A DNA stretch of 64,000 bases from a virus (Duplodnaviria > Caudoviricetes): the IMG/VR virus record IMGVR_UViG_3300027804_002812, positions 128,001 to 192,000 of that record; one strand, 5' to 3'. Shown one piece after another: positions 47,238 to 57,317 of the stretch. The first letter of the stretch is position 1, and every line of letters begins with the position of its first letter. The notes under the pieces are model-generated. The model did not search any database, was not told where the DNA came from, and was given only the letters and a program-made list of their open reading frames with translations. Position numbers and translations under genes: made by a program.

Positions 47238-48755
47238 TTACTTAATTCTCCACATTGAATCGGATCCTTGTGTTAATGGTCCTCCCTCTTTACGACCTGA
47301 TAGAATATCTAGCATGTTATCAATTCTTTCACCACCCTTACCTAACACACCGAATTTTCCATAATGTTGGTCTCTACAAGCCTGAACAATTCTTTTTGCC
47401 TTGGCGATTGTTGCTGGGTCAACAACGATACTATTTTTTTGTTTGAATGAATCGTAAAAATCTGTAATATTTTTTCTACAAACTGATTTATTAACCGATT
47501 GGTTGTCTAGAATATCACTCAAAATACTATCTTGTCTCCTAAGTGTGGATTGTTGATTAGCGTCAGTGTAACCTGCGGCTGGTCCAGTTTGTGTTGGTTG
47601 AGCAACAGGTTGAGTTTGTGTTGGCTGAGCGACAGGTTGAGCTTGTGTTGGCTGACCGCCAGATTGAATTTGTTTGAAGAATTCTTCCGCGTTTTTGCTA
47701 TCGAAATTAAAGTTTCCCAAAACACTTCTCATTGTAAAATTTGAATCCCCGTCACAACTCCATACACCGTTGTCAGACAAATCCCCATCTGTATACTGTT
47801 TCCAAGTTTTTTTTCCATCCTTCCAAGTAAGAAATTTCCAAGTGAGGTTTGAAGGTAATGTCACTTCCAACTCACCAGTTCCATATACGGAAGCTTGAGT
47901 GTATTTGGCATTTTTGTAATAATAAAAAGTTTTTGTTCGGAAATAATTTTTGACACATGAAAGTGGGTCAGATGTGTTAGTTTGAGTTTGTTGAATTTTC
48001 GACTCAGGTTCTCCTGTAGGACCAAATTTTAATTTATAAGATGGGTTATCAATTTTTGACTTTCTACTAATTTTTGGACTACCATCACTTCTTTTACTTG
48101 TAAATTTATTTGAACCATTTTCCTTATTCATCCGAAAATGTTGGTCATCCAAACAATTGAATGTCCCTCTTTCAGTGATTTGACCTTCATCCAATTGATT
48201 CCATTCACCAACACCATTTTCAAATTTGAAATCCCATACTGTTACACCTTGATCAGCCATTTCACTTTCAAATGGAATTATGTGTACTCTAAAAGAATTT
48301 CCTAAATCTTGTGTAGGAACAAATGAGTCGTGGACTTGATAGAATTTTTTTACACACGCTAAAGAAGTTTTTGTTCCTGATTGGACCGCTCTACCATCAT
48401 TTAACTTAGACCAAGTATCTCCCCCTACCACACCATCATCTTCCAAACCATTTGCCACTTGAAAAGCCGTAACCATTTTTTTTGTTCTTTCACCGAAGGA
48501 ATTATCTACCTTACCACTTTTACTAATATCTTTATATCCTTTACTTATAAGTAATTCTTGAATTTTACCAACAATATCCCCTTTCATTCCCAACTTAACA
48601 AATTTACCACCTTCACTCAAATCGTCAGGAGTTAATGTTGTTGTTTGTTCTGAAACTAAGATTTTGTTTTCAACAGAAGTTTTTGATAAATCATACTTCA
48701 TCATCAACTTTACTCTCTCTAATGCTTCTTCAGGGCTATATTTTGGTTGGACCAT
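47238..48755 (-). CDS. peptidoglycan-binding (PG_binding_1) domain protein
   Basis: LGMKGDIVGKIQELL...FGERTKKMVTAFQ...DGVVGGDTW. Confidence 0.8.
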   Translation of the reverse strand: MVQPKYSPEEALERVKLMMKYDLSKTSVENKILVSEQTTTLTPDDLSEGGKFVKLGMKGDIVGKIQELLISKGYKDISKSGKVDNSFGERTKKMVTAFQVANGLEDDGVVGGDTWSKLNDGRAVQSGTKTSLACVKKFYQVHDSFVPTQDLGNSFRVHIIPFESEMADQGVTVWDFKFENGVGEWNQLDEGQITERGTFNCLDDQHFRMNKENGSNKFTSKRSDGSPKISRKSKIDNPSYKLKFGPTGEPESKIQQTQTNTSDPLSCVKNYFRTKTFYYYKNAKYTQASVYGTGELEVTLPSNLTWKFLTWKDGKKTWKQYTDGDLSDNGVWSCDGDSNFTMRSVLGNFNFDSKNAEEFFKQIQSGGQPTQAQPVAQPTQTQPVAQPTQTGPAAGYTDANQQSTLRRQDSILSDILDNQSVNKSVCRKNITDFYDSFKQKNSIVVDPATIAKAKRIVQACRDQHYGKFGVLGKGGERIDNMLDILSGRKEGGPLTQGSDSMWRIK

Positions 48756-48788
48756 AATTCACTAATTTATATTATAAATACACGTAAT

Positions 48789-49034
48789 TTACCAAATTTG
48801 ATTGGCAGCTCCTCTCGTAAGACCTGTTTCCCATTTTTCTCCCGACGCCCCCAACCGATTTGCTTTACCTCTAGTAATTGTATATGAATCAGACCATTTT
48901 GGAACTTTTCCTCCACCACCTCCTGAAGATGCCGGAGCAGACCCAGCGTCATCTTGTTCACCCATTTCATCTTTAGCTCCGATTTGAGAATACTTTGAAA
49001 AAAAATCTATAAGGAAGTCAACGTCTAATATCAT
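48789..49034 (-). CDS. hypothetical protein with internal repeat
   Basis: KWSDSYTITRGKANRL / KWETGLTRGAANQI; TATTTAT upstream. Confidence 0.65.
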   Translation of the reverse strand: MILDVDFLIDFFSKYSQIGAKDEMGEQDDAGSAPASSGGGGGKVPKWSDSYTITRGKANRLGASGEKWETGLTRGAANQIW

Positions 49035-49045
49035 ACTAATAAATA

Positions 49046-49078
49046 TTTGTTTAATTAGAAAATTTTTTATTACATTTG
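49046..49078 (+). promoter_or_regulatory. Bacteroidota -33/-7 promoter
   Basis: TTTG-N21-TACATTTG ending 4 nt before ATG 49083. Confidence 0.65.
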
Positions 49079-49082
49079 GAAT

Positions 49083-49607
49083 ATGAAAAAGATTACACTA
49101 ATACTCCTCTTATTTCTAACCTCTTGTCAATTCTACGTCACCGAAATCAAGAACGTTACGTTGAGTGGAAAATACGTTGTTTCGAGATTGGATATTACTA
49201 GTGTCGACCAAAGCAATCCAAGAATTGAAAAATACAATAATGGTACATGTATAAATAACAATTTTGGTAATCCATTTAACGAGATTACTATAAATAATTT
49301 TTATATTCATTTTGATTATTCTACAGTAAGAATGGGGGGGATTCGAGTGGAAAATGGTCGAGATATTTGGGAATATGGGATGTCCCCAAAAGAAATTTTT
49401 TACCGAGTATCTAATACAACCCCTTTTCATTCAGGTAATCTTGAATTTGATTACTTATCAAAAGATGGTTCCCTCAGGTCAATGAAATTTATTATCGAAG
49501 ATGATGGATTAGAAACTCTCCAATTAAAGTCAACAGGGATTTGGCCAAACAATCAGTTTGGAGAAAAACAAGTCATGACACTGTATTTGACTCGGGTCGG
49601 CCCTTAA
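49083..49607 (+). CDS. lipoprotein
   Basis: lipobox LTSC. Confidence 0.7.
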   Translation: MKKITLILLLFLTSCQFYVTEIKNVTLSGKYVVSRLDITSVDQSNPRIEKYNNGTCINNNFGNPFNEITINNFYIHFDYSTVRMGGIRVENGRDIWEYGMSPKEIFYRVSNTTPFHSGNLEFDYLSKDGSLRSMKFIIEDDGLETLQLKSTGIWPNNQFGEKQVMTLYLTRVGP

Positions 49608-49903
49608 TAAAATTCAGGTTGAGGTATTGAATCTGTATTAACGATATAATATTCGTTTAGAAAAGACATTAATTCATCTTCATCTAATTCAATTTTTTCT
49701 TCTTCATATGAATCTTCTTCAAGGTCATCATCGAAAAAATCAAAAGATTCTGTTATCAAATCGAATCCATAACTTTCAACTACATCATAATTGATAGTGT
49801 CGATTCTCACAACATCTTCTTCGTCCTCAATAGTTCTGAACGAAACTTCCAATAGATTTTTCTCACCGTTAAAGTAGTAAGAGACGATTTCCTTTATTTC
49901 CAT
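49604..49903 (-). CDS. acidic hypothetical protein
   Basis: start moved to MEIKE. Confidence 0.65.
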   Translation of the reverse strand: MEIKEIVSYYFNGEKNLLEVSFRTIEDEEDVVRIDTINYDVVESYGFDLITESFDFFDDDLEEDSYEEEKIELDEDELMSFLNEYYIVNTDSIPQPEFY

Positions 49904-50043
49904 ATGGCAACAATTTAATAACAAATATTAGAAAACATATGAAAAGTTATATTTTTGTTATAATAAAATAAAAAAACCCCATATTACTATGGGGTTGAAA
50001 CTCATTTGAGTCGGTCCTACGAGACTATCATAGGAGGGGAATT

Positions 50044-51519
50044 TTATTTTATAATCTTCATTCTACTCATCATTTCAGTAATTTTGTTTTTCTGATTGTG
50101 GAAAGATTCTTGTAAATCTTCATCTATTTCGAATTCTTCTTCATCTTCAACTTCCATCTCATCTATTTCTTCTTCATTATAACTTGTTCTCTGATATGGT
50201 CCTGCTTTACCCGGTCCTTCAGAGTCAAAGTCATATGGAGGATCCATTTCACCATAAATTCCTTGAGAACCTGATACATCGACTTCATCAATTTCATCCG
50301 CGAATGCCGACTCCATGAACATGAAATCCTCTTCTTCTTCCTCTTCTTGACTTCCACATTCTTCCATATACTCTACGATTAAATCTTCACCGAACCAGTC
50401 CTTACACAAATCATGAATTTCATAATAGAAATCAGAATGTAATTCTTGTTCAGTTTCAATAAAAAAAGTATCTAATGCGGTAGTAATAACATTGTCGGCA
50501 TATTCAAATTCATCACCGAAGTCTTTGCAAGCATCGAATTGGTCTTTTTCATATTCAATGAAAGTTAACAAATTCGGATAAGTAATTCCTCTTCTTTTAT
50601 ATCTCATCATATCCTCAGGTGACATTTGTTCTTCCATTTCCCCTTCTGTAGGATATACATCTCCACCTGCCATTGGCCCATCGGAAATAAAGTTGTATGC
50701 TGGATCGATATTACTTAAATCCATATCAGGAGCATTTCCTCCACCTGTATAACCTTGTTCATCGATAGTTTCTGTACCCTTCAACAAATCTTTGTCGATA
50801 AGACCTACTCTCACTAAACGATTCAATAATGTTTTTCTTGGTAATTTTCTCAAATATCTGATTACAATTGGTGGTATATCTTCACCATATTGGCCAAATA
50901 AATTACTCAAAATTTCATTTTCTTTTGGAGTTGGGATAAATGATGCTCTTGCTCTTGATGCTTTCATACCTCTTGAACCTTTTTCGTAAGGCATATCATC
51001 TGTAATATCTTCATCCAATTGGTCTCCAACCTCTAAATCTTCGAATCCATCATCTTCATTATCAGGATCTTCGTATTCGTCTTCTTTGTATAGATTTTTG
51101 TGCATTTTCTCAAATGTATCAACACTATTAGACGGTCCTTCGATGTAATCAAATCCCGCAGATGGATTAAGGTCTGATTCATCATAAATGTCGTCTAATT
51201 TACCAGTGGCTTCTTCCATTTTTCCACTACCACATTGTTCACATATACCTTCACTCATTCTCATTGCTCCACACTCGTCACAAACTTCTGTTTTTTCAAC
51301 TTGTTCGTTAATTCCCATATTTGTATATTTCTTCACTTCACCTTTGTTGTTTACAACCATTCCGTCTTTATCTCCGGCAAAATCGTAAACATGTAAGGGT
51401 TGGGTATTGGAAACCTGTGGTTGCATAGTTTGGTATCCATTGTATAAACTTTTGTGTTGGTCTAAAATATTTTGTTTCTCTGTTGCAGATAATTGACCTA
51501 ATCCGAAGTATCCTCTCAT
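50044..51519 (-). CDS. acidic mosaic protein, possible internal head protein
   Basis: CxxC...CxxC, repeated PxYxFxSxGP motifs; TATTTATA upstream. Confidence 0.7.
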   Translation of the reverse strand: MRGYFGLGQLSATEKQNILDQHKSLYNGYQTMQPQVSNTQPLHVYDFAGDKDGMVVNNKGEVKKYTNMGINEQVEKTEVCDECGAMRMSEGICEQCGSGKMEEATGKLDDIYDESDLNPSAGFDYIEGPSNSVDTFEKMHKNLYKEDEYEDPDNEDDGFEDLEVGDQLDEDITDDMPYEKGSRGMKASRARASFIPTPKENEILSNLFGQYGEDIPPIVIRYLRKLPRKTLLNRLVRVGLIDKDLLKGTETIDEQGYTGGGNAPDMDLSNIDPAYNFISDGPMAGGDVYPTEGEMEEQMSPEDMMRYKRRGITYPNLLTFIEYEKDQFDACKDFGDEFEYADNVITTALDTFFIETEQELHSDFYYEIHDLCKDWFGEDLIVEYMEECGSQEEEEEEDFMFMESAFADEIDEVDVSGSQGIYGEMDPPYDFDSEGPGKAGPYQRTSYNEEEIDEMEVEDEEEFEIDEDLQESFHNQKNKITEMMSRMKIIK

Positions 51520-51566
51520 AACTAATAGTTTTACTTATAAATACTTTTATTTCTTCGTTTTTTCAT

Positions 51567-51595
51567 TTGACATTATCTCACATAAAATTTATTAT
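51567..51595 (+). promoter_or_regulatory. sigma70-type promoter
   Basis: TTGACA-N17-TATTAT. Confidence 0.55.
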
Positions 51596-51690
51596 TGTAT
51601 TACACAAGTGAGTTCTGTATTTTCATCCGATAGTATCTTGGTAATTTATTTATCGCCTCAATTTATGGACTCACTTGTTTTTTAACTACT

Positions 51691-51945
51691 ATGACAATCA
51701 ACGACTACGATATCCACGAATACGCTGAAGGTGCCATCATCCTTGATGGACTTGACGAGGCAATCATTGGGATTGTTGAGGAGTTCGGAAACGGGCCTCG
51801 TATCCTTTATTCCAAAAACAAAATCCTTAACATTTTATGTGAAAGAGATTTAATGACACACTCAGAGGCCGAAGAGTTTTATGATTACAATATCATCGGT
51901 CTTTACGCTGGAGAACAAAATCCAGTATTTTTGGTTTCCGAGTAA
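51691..51945 (+). CDS. conserved phage hypothetical protein
   Basis: DGLDEAIIG...EAEEFYDYNI.G...P motif. Confidence 0.7.
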   Translation: MTINDYDIHEYAEGAIILDGLDEAIIGIVEEFGNGPRILYSKNKILNILCERDLMTHSEAEEFYDYNIIGLYAGEQNPVFLVSE

Positions 51946-51975
51946 TTTTTTCTTATTATTGTAAAAAACAAAAAA

Positions 51976-52164
51976 ATGTACTGGAAAGTAAATCACAGTA
52001 AACTTAGAAAAGTTCCGGGAAAATATTGGATAATTCCCTGTATATCTATTTGGTATGATCAATATTACTTCTTGGAATCAGGAGTAAACACTCCAGCCTT
52101 TGGTCTTAATGTTTCTTTTTATAATTTTGCTTACGGAATAGTTATACAAAAACAATATTACTAA
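51976..52164 (+). CDS. hypothetical protein
   Basis: 62-aa ORF in a run of small genes. Confidence 0.55.
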   Translation: MYWKVNHSKLRKVPGKYWIIPCISIWYDQYYFLESGVNTPAFGLNVSFYNFAYGIVIQKQYY

Positions 52165-52175
52165 AATAAAAAAAT

Positions 52176-52400
52176 ATGGCACTACAAACACTAATTTTCA
52201 ACACAAAAACCAAATCCGTCGTAGTTTACGAAGGAGAACATCATTCAAAAATTCTTTATACTTTCCAAGACGTTCCAACCGTAAAAGTTTTGGACACCTA
52301 CTACGAAGTTATGGTTAAACAAGCAAGTGAAGAAGGAGAGATAAGAGTACCTGTAGGTAGATTTCCAGTCTCTAACACAAACATGCTAATCCAAAATTAA
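52176..52400 (+). CDS. hypothetical protein
   Basis: 74-aa ORF. Confidence 0.7.
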   Translation: MALQTLIFNTKTKSVVVYEGEHHSKILYTFQDVPTVKVLDTYYEVMVKQASEEGEIRVPVGRFPVSNTNMLIQN

Positions 52401-52403
52401 ATT

Positions 52404-52607
52404 ATGACGAAAAAAATTGTAATTTTAATCAAAAGATTTTTGCCACCACTTTTGTTGGGAATCTTTTTAGTTTTTTCTCTCATACCATTGACGGAATCTA
52501 CAAATTTTTTTGTTTCGACAATCTCGACAATTTTGGGGGGAATTTTAATTTCACTTGTGTTTTATCTACTTTTTTTTCGTATCTTTAGGGGTACTGAAAA
52601 AAAATGA
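52404..52607 (+). CDS. 2-TM membrane protein
   Basis: two hydrophobic helices. Confidence 0.6.
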   Translation: MTKKIVILIKRFLPPLLLGIFLVFSLIPLTESTNFFVSTISTILGGILISLVFYLLFFRIFRGTEKK

Positions 52608-53653
52608 ACTTCGACTTAAACATATTGAATGATTACATTGAAAAGGGTTTGGTGGTCAAAAATGACCATCCAACCCTTTCTTTATCTATATACAACTACA
52701 CCAGAAAAACCCAATACGAAAAATTGTGGGACAATATTACCAAAAGTTGTAGAGGATTAATTTTAGATAATCAAGGGAATGTAATCGCGAAGTCATTCGA
52801 CAAGTTTTTCAATTTAGAGGAACATTCTCCTACCGAAATACCCAACGAAGATTTTGAAGTATATGAAAAACTTGATGGGTCTTTGGGTATTTTGTTTTGG
52901 TATCAAGGCAAATGGATTATCGCTAGTAAGGGGTCATTTACTTCAGAACAATCAATTAAGGCAAAACAAATATTAGACGAAAAGTATAATGTGGAACCTA
53001 TCCCAAAAGGATACACTACTTTAGTCGAAATAATTTACCCTCAGAATAGAATCGTATGTGATTACGGTAGTGACGAATCTTTGGTGGTACTATCAATGAT
53101 TAGTAATGCCAACGGTAAAGAACTTGAACATGATTCGTTATTATTGATAAATAAAGAAACTAATATCCCCGTAGTCAAAAAATACGATGGAATTCAAGAC
53201 TACAAGAGTCTTAAATCCACTATCTCCAAAGAAAGGGAGGGTTATGTTATTAAATTCAGAAGTGGTCTTAGAATGAAGATAAAGGGTGAAGATTACGTTT
53301 ATCTTCACAGATTATTGACTGAGTTTTCAAATGTAGATATTTGGGAATATTTGAAAGACAATAAGGATTTGAATGTGTTGTTGGATAGAGTACCTGATGA
53401 ATTTGATTCTTGGGTTAAAAACACCGTAAAAGATTTGGTTGCCAGATATGAAAATATCCTCAAAGATTACACTGAGATATTCAATGAACTGAAATCAAAG
53501 AATTTGGAACAAAAAGATTTTGCTGAGAATGCAAAAGGATATGACCATCCATCAATATTATTCAGTATGTTGAATGGAAAAGATGTTTCACCATTTATTT
53601 GGAAATTAATAAAACCGGAGTACAGTAAACCGTTTTGGCAGAAAGAATCATGA
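52604..53653 (+). CDS. RNA ligase 1 (T4 RnlA-like)
   Basis: CRGLI, KFFN, motif I EKLDGSLG, EII, EGYV, KIK. Confidence 0.88.
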   Translation: MNFDLNILNDYIEKGLVVKNDHPTLSLSIYNYTRKTQYEKLWDNITKSCRGLILDNQGNVIAKSFDKFFNLEEHSPTEIPNEDFEVYEKLDGSLGILFWYQGKWIIASKGSFTSEQSIKAKQILDEKYNVEPIPKGYTTLVEIIYPQNRIVCDYGSDESLVVLSMISNANGKELEHDSLLLINKETNIPVVKKYDGIQDYKSLKSTISKEREGYVIKFRSGLRMKIKGEDYVYLHRLLTEFSNVDIWEYLKDNKDLNVLLDRVPDEFDSWVKNTVKDLVARYENILKDYTEIFNELKSKNLEQKDFAENAKGYDHPSILFSMLNGKDVSPFIWKLIKPEYSKPFWQKES

Positions 53654-53850
53654 AACCGAGTTTAGAAAAAATATTGAATAATCACATTGTACACACTGGA
53701 TTTTTTGATAGGAATTCAGTTGAAAAATGTATGGAACAATCTTATGATTTGGGGACTAAAGAATTTATTGAATGGTTATCAAAACAAGATTATCTATCCG
53801 ACAACATAAACTACATCATCGAAGAATGGAAGAACCAAAATAAATTATGA
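53635..53850 (+). CDS. hypothetical protein
   Basis: ORF overlapping neighbours; start may be 53650. Confidence 0.6.
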   Translation: MAERIMKPSLEKILNNHIVHTGFFDRNSVEKCMEQSYDLGTKEFIEWLSKQDYLSDNINYIIEEWKNQNKL

Positions 53851-54179
53851 AATATTATCTTTTGGTTTTGGCGTTTCAAATTATGTTCAATATCTTTAAG
53901 GTGTTGGAAATAAAATATACGTACGAGAACAAGTTGACCCTATTGTTATATAATTCTGTTTACATTAACTTAGTCTCCTTAGCAACAGTTTATTGGTCAT
54001 TGGACCTTCTGTTTGAAGGTGATTGGTGGGTAATTCCATTTTACGTTGGTGGTAGTGTTATTGGAAAATGGATTGCGATGAGACATGTAGAAAACATCAG
54101 ATATAAAATATTCAAACTTTTTGGTAAAAAAATAAGTAAATTACAAAATAAACTACCTAAACAAGATGAAGACAACTAG
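53847..54179 (+). CDS. membrane protein
   Basis: three hydrophobic segments. Confidence 0.65.
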   Translation: MKYYLLVLAFQIMFNIFKVLEIKYTYENKLTLLLYNSVYINLVSLATVYWSLDLLFEGDWWVIPFYVGGSVIGKWIAMRHVENIRYKIFKLFGKKISKLQNKLPKQDEDN

Positions 54180-54816
54180 TAAATTCGGTCCATTCAAGGA
54201 CAACAGACCTTTTGATGAGAAAGCTTTGGATTTTCTACAAAGCCTTCTATTTTGGAGAGGTAGAAAAAAAGGAATGGTTTATACCAGGGATATTACTTGG
54301 GACGATATTCGTGCGGTTTTTTTTCCAGAAAATTTTTACGAGAAATATAAATATTTGGGTTCTGTACCTTACAGAGAACTCGGAACTGTATTCAAAGCAA
54401 TGTACCCTTTGGTACTAGCAATGGATTACGAAGCGAAACCTAAAGGTTGCCCAAGATGGTTTCTTCGTTTCTTGCACTTGTTTGGGTCAGATAATTCTAT
54501 TATCAGAGTTCGTAACCTAACTTTACATAATTTGAAAGTGAAACTTACCAAAGGGATTATGATGAATGATTATAAAACAAAGTGGGCGGATTATGATTTG
54601 AGAATTTCAATAAGCGCTCCTGAACATCTTCATAATCTGGCAAATGCAATAGAAGGAGAATATTTTTCTCAAGGAAGACAAAAGGAGTTGGCAGAACAAA
54701 TCAAGGAACTTGACCCAAATGCAAGTATTATTTGGGGTGATGTCAACCGACTTGTAAAACAGTATAACGATTTATTATCTAACGAAAACAAAGAAGTATA
54801 TGACTATATCAGTTGA
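54166..54816 (+). CDS. hypothetical protein
   Basis: 216-aa ORF. Confidence 0.7.
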   Translation: MKTTSKFGPFKDNRPFDEKALDFLQSLLFWRGRKKGMVYTRDITWDDIRAVFFPENFYEKYKYLGSVPYRELGTVFKAMYPLVLAMDYEAKPKGCPRWFLRFLHLFGSDNSIIRVRNLTLHNLKVKLTKGIMMNDYKTKWADYDLRISISAPEHLHNLANAIEGEYFSQGRQKELAEQIKELDPNASIIWGDVNRLVKQYNDLLSNENKEVYDYIS

Positions 54817-54973
54817 AATATTAATATCAATTTTCTTTGTACTTCTAACACCCATTGTTATTTCTATTCTGTGGGTAAGAGGTATAGATTACATGCATAA
54901 AAATCATCCTGATTATAAAGGATATGATTTATTCGATGAAGATGAAGATGAAAAAGATGATTCAAAAGATTAG
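54800..54973 (+). CDS. 57-aa single-TM protein with acidic tail (below the ORF cutoff)
   Basis: MTISVEILISIFFVLL...DEDEDEKDDSKD. Confidence 0.55.
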   Translation: MTISVEILISIFFVLLTPIVISILWVRGIDYMHKNHPDYKGYDLFDEDEDEKDDSKD

Positions 54974-55041
54974 TTTTATTCTAAAAGAGATTTGGAAAGG
55001 GTTTTCCATTTCCAGTTATATTCAACAAAATCACCAACAAT

Positions 55042-55350
55042 TTGGTAAACTATAAAATTATGACAAAGCGATTGACTATAAAACAGAAACAAGAACAATT
55101 TGTGGTAGATGTAATCAACAAAATGTTTGAAATCGCAGGACACCAAGTAACCTACGATGATGTAAAGGATAGGAAAGATGATTGGTATACCCAATGGACA
55201 ATGACCATGGAACAAAATGAACAATGGAAAAAGTGGGGTATGGATTATATGAAACGAGTATTTCGTTGGAATAAAACCCTATGTGAAAGAGAAATGGGAA
55301 TGGTTTCTTTAATGTGGGGATTAAAATTTAGTGATTTCAATAATGAATAA
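55042..55350 (+). CDS. hypothetical protein
   Basis: ORF upstream of thyA. Confidence 0.65.
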   Translation: MVNYKIMTKRLTIKQKQEQFVVDVINKMFEIAGHQVTYDDVKDRKDDWYTQWTMTMEQNEQWKKWGMDYMKRVFRWNKTLCEREMGMVSLMWGLKFSDFNNE

Positions 55351-56425
55351 CATAGAAAGACAATATCAACAACTACTCGGAGACATTTTAGAGAATGGAG
55401 TAGAAAAAAAGGATAGAACAGGAACTGGAACCCTTTCCGTTTTTGGTAGACAAATCCGCCATAAAATGAGTGAGGGATTTCCTTTACTTACCACAAAGAA
55501 AATGGCGTGGAAAACTATGGTGACGGAACTCTTATGGTTTCTACGTGGGGATACCAATATCAAATTCTTATTGGATTATGATTGTCATATTTGGGATGGT
55601 GATGCATATAAGAACTATATTACAAAGTTTCGTCAAGAGTGTGTAAACTGCCCCGAGATAACAAAAGAAGAATTCATCAAGGGTATCAAGACAGATGAAA
55701 AACTAGCTGAGTGGTGGGGTGAGTTGGGTCCTATCTATGGAAAACAATGGAGAAATTGGACTAACCAAACTAAAAAGAACCATTATGTTACTCCAGGTCA
55801 ACCAACACATCATGGTATCAAAATTGACCAAATCAAAAATTTGATTGAGGATTTGAAAGATGATCCCGATAGTAGAAGATTGATGGTCAGTGCTTGGAAC
55901 GTTGGTGAACTTCACCAAATGGTACTTCCTCCTTGTCATTATGGATTTCAAGTTTATACAAGAGAGTTAAGTATTGAAGAGCAAGTTGAAGCATACGAGA
56001 AGATGGGTTATGCGAAAAACCTCGATCCATTGGATTATGCACCAAAGAGAGCAATCTCCCTAATGTGGAATCAACGTTCAGTAGATACATTCTTAGGATT
56101 ACCATTTAACATTGCCTCTTATGGATTGTTGTTAGAAATCCTTGCAAAGGAAGTGAATATGGTACCTGATGAATTGATTGGTAATTTGGGTGATGTGCAT
56201 TTATACAAAAATCATATTGACCAAGCTAAAGAACAAATCAGTAGAGAACCATACGAATTACCAAAAGTAGAAATTACCGAAAGGAATTGGTATCAACATG
56301 AAAAAGTAAAAGAACACTTAGGTGAAAAAACTTTCATTGAAAAAATCATGTCCTATAGACCAGAATGTTTTGAATTAATAAATTATCAATCTCACCCGAG
56401 CATCAAAGCTCCTTTATCAAATTGA
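55331..56425 (+). CDS. thyA: thymidylate synthase
   Basis: DRTGTGT, LGPIYGKQWR, LPPCH, QRSVDTFLGLPFNIASY, HLYKNH. Confidence 0.95.
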   Translation: MISIMNNIERQYQQLLGDILENGVEKKDRTGTGTLSVFGRQIRHKMSEGFPLLTTKKMAWKTMVTELLWFLRGDTNIKFLLDYDCHIWDGDAYKNYITKFRQECVNCPEITKEEFIKGIKTDEKLAEWWGELGPIYGKQWRNWTNQTKKNHYVTPGQPTHHGIKIDQIKNLIEDLKDDPDSRRLMVSAWNVGELHQMVLPPCHYGFQVYTRELSIEEQVEAYEKMGYAKNLDPLDYAPKRAISLMWNQRSVDTFLGLPFNIASYGLLLEILAKEVNMVPDELIGNLGDVHLYKNHIDQAKEQISREPYELPKVEITERNWYQHEKVKEHLGEKTFIEKIMSYRPECFELINYQSHPSIKAPLSN

Positions 56426-56428
56426 GTC

Positions 56429-56665
56429 ATGCAAGTTGTTATCTTACTTAGTACTGATGTCGAACCTGATATCACAGACCTTATCCTCGAACATAAATTG
56501 GAAGGTGGATATTCAATTGATTACGCTCTCAATTCATTAGTGTCTTATTACAAGGGTAAAGAAATAATAATATTTAACTTCAAAAAATACTTTGCACTTG
56601 ATAATAGATGGAGTGGATATAAAATAGATGATTACGGGACTAAAATTGTTATAAACTTCAAATAA
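56429..56665 (+). CDS. hypothetical protein
   Basis: 78-aa ORF. Confidence 0.6.
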   Translation: MQVVILLSTDVEPDITDLILEHKLEGGYSIDYALNSLVSYYKGKEIIIFNFKKYFALDNRWSGYKIDDYGTKIVINFK

Positions 56666-56902
56666 ATGTTACAAGTTACAGAAAAAGTGAAAAATAAAAC
56701 TTACGAAATAAGTTTGAAATCAACAGGTATTGTTGTAGGTTCATTTGTAAACATCGACGGATTCTTTTATTATGACCCACCAAAAAACAGAACTTGGGGG
56801 TATTGGTCTGAAGAATTTCTACGTAGTTTATCAAATGAGATAGAAAAATTAAATTGTCCGATGAACAAAAGTATTGAAGAATTTTTCCATTTAGAAAATT
56901 AA
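56666..56902 (+). CDS. hypothetical protein
   Basis: 78-aa ORF abutting the upstream stop. Confidence 0.6.
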   Translation: MLQVTEKVKNKTYEISLKSTGIVVGSFVNIDGFFYYDPPKNRTWGYWSEEFLRSLSNEIEKLNCPMNKSIEEFFHLEN

Positions 56903-57055
56903 ATAAGATATGGAAAATTCAAAAGCAAATTACAAATGTGGTTGGCCTTGGGTATTCCATTATAATTCAAAAGGAAAATTGAATGCAATATTCAAAGCCA
57001 AACTCCCACAAAAAACTATTGAAAATTATATTAAAGGAGATTATTGGTTAAAAAA

Positions 57056-57256
57056 ATGAAAAAAGTTAAAGAAGTATTTGTAATTTTTAATCCTTACGAT
57101 AATGGATACTATGATGGGTATGGATATTTTCGAGGGATTTTGTTTAGTAAAAAATATGCTGAAAAAGAAATGGCAGTTTCAGAAATGGAAAAAATTCTCG
57201 ATAATTCAAGTGGACAAACTTTCTTGAAGATTGAATCATTTAACACTTTCTCGTAA
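57056..57256 (+). CDS. hypothetical protein
   Basis: ORF from ATG 57056. Confidence 0.55.
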   Translation: MKKVKEVFVIFNPYDNGYYDGYGYFRGILFSKKYAEKEMAVSEMEKILDNSSGQTFLKIESFNTFS

Positions 57257-57317
57257 ATATGAAAGAAATTAAAGAGGATGACTACGGGAGAGAAAATTAA
57301 TCTCTCCCACTTTATTC

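Noticed and set aside
55331-56425. Group I intron or intein in thyA, terL or MCP
   Set aside because: ORFs are continuous and no intein motifs are visible; the extra thyA length fits ordinary insertions
57033-57046. AAGGAG as an SD for a TTG start at 57044
   Set aside because: Lies inside a probable upstream small ORF; ATG 57056 with an A-rich context is likelier
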